64,000 nt of DNA from Tubiluchus corallicola. Lineage: Eukaryota > Animalia > Priapulida. Both the position numbers and the translations under genes were made by a program. Below the pieces are notes generated by a model. The model had not been told where the DNA came from, made no database searches, and saw only the letters and a program-made list of their open reading frames with translations. Below, piece after piece: positions 50,201 through 62,200 of this stretch. Every line of letters begins with the position of its first letter. Within the stretch, counting starts at the first letter, position 1. The DNA lies in assembly GCA_030141605.1 (NCBI GenBank), contig JAQGDQ010000170.1:248001-312000 (forward strand), read 5' to 3'.

Positions 50201-53200
50201 GGTCAGGACTTCTAATAATTTACTCCTTGATAGCAACACGTACACAATGTTAGCCAGTCTGAAATGCATGTTAAATGCAAGATAATAAACTTTGTAGATA
50301 AGTAATAAGTAGATAGTGATACCTCCATCAGGAGAAGCCAAAACAACAAAACCAACCACTTTAGAAGTGAAGTCAAATGCAATGTGCTTGCTTCCGCGCA
50401 TGACTGTCACGGTATTACGATCTCCATAGCTGGCACGTGGCATTCCACCAGCAAAAACCAGATATGGATCACTTAAAATTGAAAAACAGAAAATCAGTTA
50501 CAAGTACAAATAACATTAAATAAACAATATCAGTGCATAAACAAAGAAATTAAAATGCAAAAAGATTAAGTTGTATCAAGTGCTGCAAAAATAATGTGAC
50601 GACGTTTTGATTACGATATTATAAAAAACAATGGAATCTCTTGAAAATTACAACACTGATGCCCTGACGGTATATGGTTGTGTGTAAACACCAAAAATTT
50701 TAGGTCATTCCCTTAGATTTTCCCAAAGACTCCGAATATTTAAATTAACAAGTGAAAAATTAAATGCTGGAAAAGAGTTCGTGTCACTATTGTTAAAATA
50801 TATAGTAAGTGCTCTCTCTATGTGTCCACTACTTTCAATGCAAACTAGGCACAAGCATTTCTTGCAACAGCCGATACAGTTTCTCAAACTATATAAAAAA
50901 GTTTTTTTCAACAGTTGATACAGTTTCTCACTTCTTTAAGGGGTATTTGGTTCAGCACTCAACAGTTTTTGCCGTTTGTTTCTCTGCATCAAAAAGTGCA
51001 CCTAACATACACTTTCTCTTTGAGGAAATTTCGCATGTCACAGTCAGAATTATAATTCCATTTTTTCTTGACAATAAATATTTTTCAGTGCTTTACTTTC
51101 TGTGGTGAAGGTGCTATGAAGTAAACTGGGTGATTTCGTTACTGTTTTACTGTCATGTCTTAAGTGCCTTATATATATATATATATCAATTTGGCTGTTT
51201 TTCAAATTGATGAATAGCTGGCTAAATTAAATTTGATTGAAGATTTAATTTTTGAACATGCAAAAGTTATTCGACCTTGAAAACCACTAAAGCTGTAAAC
51301 TTCTAATTTTCACTGCCTGAGTTTAATGTTTTGTAATACCATACTGTGAAATCTCAACTTTGTGAACAGTTGCTTCTAATATTGTCATCGTCTAAATATT
51401 TGGCACAATTTTTCTGTGCCACATGATACATTAAGAACTGCTCAAAACAGTTACCAAATTACTGGAACAATATGCCAATCAAAGTGACCATATACAGCAT
51501 TAAAAATCAAATTTTAATGGAACAGAATTTTAACATTTCAAATCAAATCAAACTAAAACCTTCATCACAACTAATTCTTTCACTAATTCTTTCTATAAAA
51601 ATAACTACAAAATCAATGTTTGGTAATATTTTATAAAAAAATGCTCAGCAAAGGGCGAAGATTTCAATATTTTTAAGGCCCATATAAAATTGGCAAACTC
51701 AGAAGGATTTATTACTACAGGTGTTTGGCACTGGGGTAGTTATGATCCTTCGACCCCTGAGCCTTGATCCCAAACTTTCTTCAAATCCCAAACCCCATTC
51801 CTGAACATTCAATCCAGTCCCGAACCTCGTTCCCGAACTTCTCATTCCGCCCCGGCCCCGATTACGAACTTTAAAAGTTGTTAATATTTGAAAAACAACG
51901 TTGCCTCCTGCTTTTGAGGCATACGAAGAAAAATGAGCCATTTATGAAGTTATTCATCAATTAGATTTCGCGATAGCATATTTTTTTATTGAGTTCTATT
52001 AATCATAACTGCATACGTGAGTAGCTTTTCATGCCACACACAGACAATGCACATTCAGTCACCTGGAAGTGTGATGCTTCTGCGTAAGTCGTGGATGTTA
52101 TCTGCCAATAATGTTGGAACAATTTACAAAAAATATATTCTTGTTTTACAGTGTTACCACTAGTACCGTTCCCATATAAATCCCACATAAATACCGCTTA
52201 AGCAGATATTTCTTCTTAGTCAGTAGGCTCCATGTATAATTATTCTTTCTAATAATTATTTTTACTTGATAGCAAAAAGATTACAGTTATGTTTATTTTA
52301 CATTTACTTAGCAATGCAAGATTTGGTTATGTAGAGATGCCACATTACGTTATGTAGAGTTGTAGAAGAACAATCTGAAATGTACTGCAGTAGCATGTTG
52401 TCAACTGCTGTAGAAGAAACTATTTGAACATACGAATAGATCAATCATGCCGCAGTTATCAATATTAACAAGAATGGAACTAAAATTGCAGAATTTCCCT
52501 GTATTACTGGTAATTGTTTTTATAATTCGGTGTCAGGAACCTCGATCCACAACATTTCGTCCTGACCCGAACTTCGATCCCGACCACTCGACCCTGAACC
52601 CCCAAAAATTCTGACCTCAAAATTAACGTCCCGAACCCCGATGCCATCCTGAACCTCAAAAAATGCATAAAGCACTTACTCAGAAGCGGATAGACATTCG
52701 ACCTTTGTGATTGGCTTGCATGGAAATGGGCCTGCAAAACAGAGTTACAATAATTAAGTACTGCAACATTACACATTGTAATGTTTTACTACATGTACTA
52801 GACTGAAAACTACTAGCAATGAACATCAGTTTCGATGTTTTTACATAATAAACTTTTTGTTCTATAGAAATTACAAATACCTAATTGTTGATAAAATCAG
52901 GCATTTAATCATGAACAAATTAATTTAAAAACATTCAGACAAATTGTAGCATGTGTTGACCCTTGCAAGGGTCATCGTTGGCTGATGTGAAACTGACTGT
53001 AAAATACAAAATACGATATTCAATACTATCAAAAAATTGCACTATATTTTGTTTTAGAGACATAAAATCATATCTATATAACAGGACAATCAGTTTTGAC
53101 TCTGATATTTGTTTTAAATAACACGGCACTTTTGCAATAAAACAGCATTAAAAGACGAGAACAGCGGTACCTGAAGTAGGTTTCACGAAAATCGCCTTAA

Positions 53201-56200
53201 AAAATTATATTACTTTATAGTGATTTTATGCGTATATCACACTCACGTTGAAAGGATTTTTTGTTAGTTGTCATCTTAAATTTCCTTTAAATACTGTTCC
53301 GACCGCGCCATTACATTACATCATATATGCACAACGTAAATCAGGGGAAGAAAAGGAAGTATTAAACTATGTCCCAAAAAACTTTCCATGTAAAGTTATA
53401 TTACTTAGCATTTCACTTTCCTGTTTGAAAGATTTATGTAACTAGAAAAGAAAATTATTAATTATTTAAAAATGTTTTCACCAATTGGTAAAATGTCATT
53501 GACTCACCTCCAGGGTGCACCACTCACTAACCAAAAAATGTATTTTTAATCTTATTGACAAGATACAGTAATTAAAAATTTTATTTAGTAGTGACACGTG
53601 AGCTATGAATGCTCTGATTATTTTTCCAAACTTTACTCGGTGTTATCTAAACTTGTTTCAAATGACTTATCACCAAGATGGCTGCGTCTACGGTCATCGC
53701 GTGAATTTAAATTTACATGTTTTATACTGCATTACTGCCGATGAAAGCTCTGAATTCAAAAAGGCAGTACACTACGTAAGTGGTATAAAATTTCAATATG
53801 AATTTTTTAAGCTTGATGTAAGTGGAGCGTTTTTTGTGCTTTAAGTTCTTCCTGACTATAAACATTTGGGTGGATATTAATAGTCGGCAATTAGTTTCTT
53901 CTTATTAAACTAAAATTTATTGATAGGTATTTTGTTTAGTTAATAATTAGTATAATTAAGTGAAAATATCTAAAAATGATATCTAAAATAATAATTTATT
54001 CAAAAAACTTATTAAACTATTTATAATGACATTCACGGTAAACATATGTAACATACTTTGACCATTTGCACGTTACAGTAGATATATTATATGTAAGCTC
54101 AATGTTTATTCAATGAATTAAATTAAAAATGATACTTTTGAAAATTCAGAAATAGGACCGCTACCTTCAAAGGATGGTCACACATTCAAATTTCTGATTA
54201 AATTCAAGGCTTTGCTTGAACCAGATAGTAAAGAATATCTTTAGTAATAATATGACATGATCATGTGAACACATTCAAAACAGCTACCAAAAATTGTTTA
54301 ATTGTTCTGCGCTAATTTTACTTTTCATAACTGAATATCGATTCAAATCTAGTGGTGACAAACTACCCAGTGTTGTGACTTGAATGTAGAAACTTGTGTT
54401 AATAGCATTTTAATTTGAAGAATATAGCTCCTTTTTTAGTTATCTGCACATCAGCTAACACTCAGATAAGATTTATATTTATAGTTTACTTGCCAAAAGT
54501 ATAAAAAAAGGTTAAATTTGCAATATGGTAGCATGTTGTGAGAGTGATTTTTGGAACAGGTTTTGGAAAAATTTCTTTGAAATAAACCTTGTAAAATGGC
54601 AAATGTGAAGAAAACAGCTATTTTCAGTTTTTTTCAGTTTCATAAAATGCCACAAGACACATACCATATGGTGTGGTGGTAGCCATGTCTGGTTTGTTAA
54701 TGTCTCCAACACTCCAAACAATATATCGACCATCAGCATAAGAGCTAACAAACTTTTCACCATTACTAACCCACGACAATGACTCAAGTTCCTGAAAAAA
54801 ACAAGTGAATGAATAAATTTGCGAATTTGTAAAGTTTCATAAGAGTCACATTACTAAAGTAAAGATCATTTTTATCTTATGTCAATGCCATTCATTTTTT
54901 CTACATAATTTCAGCAGAAAGCTTAACAGATACTCGTTTGAATGTTAAAGATGTAAACATTTGTACTGAAAGCCACCAAATGAGTTCAAGTGGTTTTGTA
55001 CCTCATTATCAATCAGAATTTTTTGGAACATTTAAGATTTCAGGTACTTGCCTTCATACTTCTACAATCATAAATCCAATATTTTTTATTATGACAATAC
55101 CAATACAACAATACATATATACACAAAACATAACAACACATTACATAATATGAAAATTCAGTTGGTATTCAATTCAATATGAAAATATATTTTTTTATAT
55201 CTCATAAATCATTGCTGCCTTACATTTGAAAAACATGGCTTGTGAGACTATAATGCGAGTATAAATGGAGAAGCAGTAGTGGGGTAGGATGTGTGAAAAA
55301 GTGGAAATAAAAAGGAGACGATATGAAGTGTGCAGTTGAATGGAAATTAGTTGGGTTAGGTTGTAAAATGATGTGTATGGAAATGAATGTGAAATTGCTA
55401 TTCGGGAGATCATAAATTTACATTTGATACAAAAGGACGCTATGGGCCAGTCTGCCATGTAATGTATATGTATAGGATGGATTCCGTACATTCTCAAAGA
55501 TTAATAGAATCTAAAAAAAATTTTCTTTAGTCTTGGTATAAAAAAAACTTACTATTAGTTAGCACTTTGCTTCATATGACAGGACCAGCAATTGTTTCAA
55601 AACATTAGTCCAACACTCGTACTACTATATACTTGTTAAATCGCTAAATAGACATAGTTCACATCAAAATAGCAACATACAAAAGTATGTATGTTCAGAA
55701 AAAAAGGATCAATAAAAAACTAAACTGCATAGCATTATATTAGATTTAAATATTGTAGAGCACCTAAACAATGGTTAAAGCATTTTCAGAATAATGTTGA
55801 AATATTGTACATTAACAAACTCTGTGGATGTATGTACCTGGTTTAATGAAAAGTTTCCCATAGCCATTGACAGTTTATTGTCCCACAGCACAATTAATCC
55901 TCTCCTGTATCCAATCAATATCTGAAAAGCCAAAAAACTAAAGTCAAATATTTTATAAATATTGATTAGTAAAATACTGCAATGTCAGCAATATATTAGT
56001 GAAACCGAAACAGCAGCAAAACATCACACAAATGCAATTTCTTCAAAATGTTCATCAAACTTGGAATAAATATACAAATTCAAAAACCTGAACAAGAGAG
56101 ATATTAATACCCTGTCTGGATTAGTTGGATGCTGTGCTAGTCCTTCAACTGCACCCAGGTTGTGTTTGACCTCCTCACTGGAGTTTTGGGTAGCAACATC

Positions 56201-59200
56201 ATGATAAATTACATTCTCTGTCAGAGCAAACGATTTTGTGTCCAGAACATACACATTCCCAGTTTCTGTGCCAAGATACAAGGAATCGTGTGTTGAGGAG
56301 AGGCACATAGATGAGATCTTTTTCTCTTCGGGTGTTTCATCATCTGCTGCAGCTTCCTCGGTCTTCTCTTCAGTCTTTGCTGCTGCTTCTTCATCCTTCT
56401 TTTCCTTTCCTTCACCCTCTACTTTTTCTCCTTCGCCTTCTTTTGCTTCTTCTTTCTTTTCGGCCTCTTTTGCCTCTCTGCAGAAAATTAATGAAAAACT
56501 TAGTCTTTGCAACTAACTGGCACAAATTAGTCAACAAATAAATAAAGCTAAATAAAGCTAAATGCCTTAATCCTTCCAAACAGCATGGCTCGCTTTACAC
56601 CTCATTTCCGTTGTTGAATTGCAGCAGTATTATTGTTGTACTATTCTGCCTTTAGGCAGGGCAGGATTTTAAACTACATAATTGGTTCAATACAACCAAA
56701 TCTCAAAAAGCTTTTATGGCCATTTACAATAGTTTGAGTTGGCAATGTAGTTGTGGGTGTATTAGGATAAATTTCTTTGCAATCAATCATCTGTAGCACC
56801 TACTGCTTTTTTTCAAATGAGACACAAATTTACAAGAAGTACCTTAGTAGTAAAAATGTAATTATCCCTGATTATACAGCAACAGAAGTATTAGGAATTA
56901 CTTTTAATCGTAATCTTAAAAAATTGATTCAAATAGAACTTAGCAGAATTATAATTATAGTACAATTATTAGTAAAATATAAAATAAGTTAATCTTAACA
57001 TTAGTTTAGATGCTAGCACAAGGAAACCTGTCTGTAGTACGCATGTAAGACATATGCAATCTTGAGAGAACGTGGCAACTTCCACAAAGGATAACATAAT
57101 TTTATTTTTTTCGAGTAAATTGAAACATAAAGATCAGATGCAGTTAATCAGGGAATGATGTAATTTTTGTCTAATGTATATTATATATTTTACTATTGTA
57201 CGTTGCGTATGTCAACGTATACTGAATTATTGCTTTTAGTTTCATGCACTAGTAGTTTTTAGTTTTGCACCGGAAACATTTGCCTTTAGCAGGTAATATG
57301 TGCAAAACACATATACAATGAGTTAAAGAACATGAAGGAAGAAACTTTATACGATAGGAATCTAAAACAGGAAAACTGAATCTAAGCGGAATAATGTATC
57401 GATTAAAAAAATGAATAAAATAAAAACTACAAAACTGTAACAAGTTTGGTGGACAAAACTACAATTTCATTATTAGACTAAATCCATTTTCAACTAAATC
57501 CTTTGTAATGAACAACTTTTAATGGATGATTCAAAGACTTAAAAACACTTCTTTACCATATAATCAACTTCGCTATCTAAAGTGTGTTTGCCATACAAAT
57601 TACTTCTGATAATCAACCAGCAATTATAACAGCAAATACAAGAAACTCATTCTTACAAAGAAAAGCGCTAAAGCTAAAAAGGTGAATTTTTTCGCAGTTG
57701 GAAAAGATATGGCTCTTAAAGAAACATTTAAATTACATTATAGACGTGCAACTGGCTGCAAATCATGCATTCAGTCACAAAAGCTTTACTGCTGTGTGCA
57801 TTTTGCCAGGAGCTAGATTAAACGCCCGAAATCAACTGACTGGCAATTATAGCAGACAGTCAGGAAACAAAGACCAGAGCAAGATACCAAGAGAAACTAA
57901 TTGCAAATGGCTTAGGGTAAATCTCACTTCGCAAATTGATTTTCCAAGACCGTCAGAGAGCGCCATCAAATCGACTTTTAAAAGGCCATTATGAATCAGT
58001 GAAAGAAATGCGCAAGGAGGAAGCGTTCAAAGCTGTTGATAAGAAACTAGTCATTGGCATCATGCAGTAAGCTTACTAGAACAAGCAGTAAGCTTACTAA
58101 TACATGCAAACACTTTTTTTACAAAAAGAAATATTTTGAAATAAAATCTGGGATCTTGTCTACTTTAGAGGAACCTGCAGTCCTGTACGTTTGTAGATCT
58201 TGGATATTTCGACTTATAATTTATACTATATTAACAATAAAGTTAAATAGCGAAAATATAAGATTGAAAAGATAAATCGTGCATGCACTGAATCTCCACT
58301 TTTAGTGACATCAGGTAAGCTCTTTAACAAAAAAAAACAGATGGTCAACTATTGACCTATATAAATAAAATAATCAAGCAAATACGATTTTATATTTGAA
58401 GGATGGTGCATCATGTGGGTAGTAAACATAGACAGGAAAGCTTGACGTCAAGCTTAAGACGGGCTCTTTGATGATCGGTGGTTCTCGGCCTCATCCAGTA
58501 TAACAAAAAAACTTAATACAGATTCTATAGTTCTAATTTACAACACTTTTGTCATACTAACTGTAAACCCAGCGGCTTTGTAACACCAATTTGTTGACAA
58601 TCTGCCGATGTACAAAGAATGATGTCAACAACATTTTCTAGTTTCTAAAATAACCAAACTGCAAATTCATTAGAATTTCTTGCTCGCACATTGACAGTGT
58701 ATATATAAGACGAACTGTATATTATTAAAGCTCAGTCAGCAACAAATATTTTACGATTATGAATATTTTATGACTGCGCGCTAATGAGCTTCCAAAATTC
58801 CGACATGTATTCCTGGTATAAAAAAGAAGCCTCATCGAGATAAACAAATAAATAGCAAATTATCACGCGATGTACAGCACAAACCTGCTACAACGTCAAT
58901 TTCACATTCATAACTTTACACAAATCTAACCTGAAGTATTGTACATGTAACTGAAAAACACTTTTTAAAATTTTATTTCTTGCAGTGATAATCATGGTAA
59001 TTTTCATAAATAAATTCAGAAAAAAATTAAAAAACATAAAAAACAAACCTATAAAAGGCTATTGTAGCCAGCAAAAGCAAACATAAATTCAATCTCACAT
59101 TATAAAAAAAATTAAAATTTCGATCCAGCTGAACGTTGGTACGTGATACTACAGTTGTGGTATTCGGGACAGGTTTGGGACGCGAGATCGGGAGTTTTCA

Positions 59201-62200
59201 GGGTTCGGCATCAAGTCGGCGGGAGTGAAGTTCGGGATTTAGTTAGGAGTAAGGACTGATAAGCAAAGATTTTCAATTTTAATTAACTAAGATTCGAAGA
59301 TACGCAAGAACGATAAAAAACTAAAATCGTGAATCACGGATAATATGGTTTATAGCATTTTTCAAATTACTGCAGACGCAGCGTTAAAATAACTTGCCTT
59401 TGATAACCAATCATCTAGTTAGTTAATAAATTGTGAAAGCAGCCACGTAATGTCATATTGATCATTAGCTTACTCATGCGTGAAGAATTCGTGATTCACT
59501 CAGACTGATTCCGGGAATTAAAACGCGAATAATGTAATCGAGTTATGGAGTAGATTACAGATTTACTGAAAACAGAATAGCTTTAATTACGGAATATGGA
59601 CTTGAAAATTTTAAAGTAAAATAAAACATTCTGTGTGGATAATAATGTGCAGTATAGATTCTACAACAAAACTAGATGCCATATTTAATAAAACTGCATC
59701 CGTTTTGTGTGCGCGGGCGCAGTGGTGTAATGGCTACAACCAGTAGATTCCAGGGAATGCTGGTATCTATGCAGCACAAGTTCGTCCTGATCCAAAGATT
59801 TACGAGGCGTTCAGTTGACACTGTAGTGAAGATTTGAAGCTAATGACTAGTTGTGACTAGAAGCCAATCAGTCCTATTTCTTAAAACTGAAAAAAGAGGT
59901 TCTTCAAAAGGACAATGGCAGAATTACCAAAAGAGGAAACCAAAAATCAAAGAGCAATAACATTGAAGAAAAGTGGCAAAGGTGCAACACACCATGCGGA
60001 CAGTAGTCCCTAGGGACCCTAACACAGGCATGTACAGTATTCAAAGCTTCGTGATAAGCGCCTTAAATTCGTAACATTTGTACACAATGACGCTTAGGTG
60101 AATGAAAATACTTCATATACAAATGGCGCTCCTGAAAAATTTAATGACCAAATTACTTCGAGAACTTGCTTTCTGGATAGCCTGTCAGAAACGGTAGCAT
60201 AAGAGAGTAACTACTTCGTTTAAATCAAGTTCCCATTTATTTAAATGTAGCGGGCAATGCCAACGGCTAAGCTAACCAGTAACTGATTAATTTACAGCTG
60301 GTTCATTGACATTTATTAGGAAATCATTTAAAGGAGACGAATGACATACGAAGGTCGGCTGCGACAGAAGAGTTAATCAAAACGCTCTGACAAAATCAAC
60401 TCCCAGGAGTCAAAGCGAAACGAAGCCAACGTTAAGCCGACGGGCTTCTGCAGCGCAAACTTCAGAAATCACTGGTGGTGATTTGATCTGTCATCCACGC
60501 GCATGCGCACTCGGCGAGGGGTTTTATCGTCTGAGATTTACGAGGAAGTTCGTTCCCTTTCTCTCTCTCTCTCTCTAGCTCGATCAATAAGTATGACGCC
60601 AGCAATCTGATTCTCCTAGGCAGAAATAGGCAGGTACGATTATTGTATAGCTAGGAAACACACCTGCAGTAGCTTAGTGAAAATAGATGTACAGCTCGGT
60701 AATGATGACACGCAATGGCGATGTGAACGTGTTTTAGAAATAATCAACGCCCTTCCGGCGCAATGAGTGCAAAATAAAGAGCAATAAACGCTGCTGTTTA
60801 TTGTAAGATAACAATGGCAACTTGAGTTGGACGTGTGCCAGATCGGCAAGATCCAACCTTGTATTCCCGTGTTTTAATGCAATTGTAATTTGTGTCGAGA
60901 AGGAAAGATGCACTGTAGTTTGCTGATAAATTATTAGCAAAGAACCAAGAAGAAACAAAATGACCGTATCTAACAAACTAACTACAAGTTTACTGGCTAT
61001 CATTGCATAACATTTAGCCACAAATTAAAACCTAGGCATCGACCATTACTGCAAAATTGCAAGGTTCAACAAATTACGCCGGTATAAAATGATTGAACAA
61101 ATATTTATTAAAGCGTCATACGATAGCGCAGTAAAGCACTTCAGTTCTGCCAACGTAATATAACAAGAGCACATGCTTCATAAAACACATGCCGCCACAC
61201 ATCAACACTCTTCTGCCCTTTAGACTAATTAATTTTAGGATGATGAATTTATCATCTTTAAATTACGTGCAGAAAACACTTAAAGATCCATACAGAAATG
61301 GCCTGAGATTTTCTACTAAATTTTTCTACGATTAAGTGAAGTTTATGAATTTAAATAAAGAATACCTTCGGTACAGTGCACGCAAATGATACTACAGTTG
61401 AATTAAAATTAAGCAGAAAAAACATGAATTAGATTAATGAATCATTTGCAGTTAAGGGCATATTAAAAGAACTGGAAGGATAAAATGAAAAAGTAATCAA
61501 CATTTGGGTATACCAGGCATATTAAGGGAATAATCGACTGCTGCGGCTAAATTGCAACTAAGGCTGCACCTTACTCAGAAGGCGAGCAGAGAACTGCACC
61601 AACTAGTCTGGAATGCCGAAATTTTGAGCTACTCACTTATCGAGTATTTTCTGCACAACTACCTGGTTATGTTGCCTAGAATGCCATTTATTGTTGCTAT
61701 GGAATTCACTTCTATGTATATTATTTAGAATGCCAGAGAATCCATTTTATCGTAAAAATTTAGAATTTGAAGTTACAATATTGTAACGTGACAACATAAA
61801 AACGGACTAAAAACTTATTACACCATTGAGCAACAACGAGAATGAGATCACCATCATGGCAAAACAGATATGTTTATAACATTACGATGCGAGTAAACAC
61901 AAAAATATGAAACAAATAAATTAAACTATAATAAATTATGAGGTAAAGAAACTCATAAAACTTTATTGACAACACTTAAGAGATAAAACACTGTTTGCTC
62001 AGCAGTGGTTATGTAAAATTTGAATTGAATAAAAATTAAACAATAAACATTTAACATCTACTTTTGTTATTACAGGTAATGATAAAGTTATTGTATGAAT
62101 TGTTTACCTGCAAAAAGAATTCTGTATTTAAAGGAATGTTAGTTTTTCAGGATTCAGTGTTTGCTTGCTAGTTGATGTTTGACCATAAATGCTTTTTTAT

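Noticed and set aside
52935-53000. DDPCKG as the lgl GPFPCK exon
   Set aside because: The true exon with GPFPCK and the correct phases is at 52731-52680
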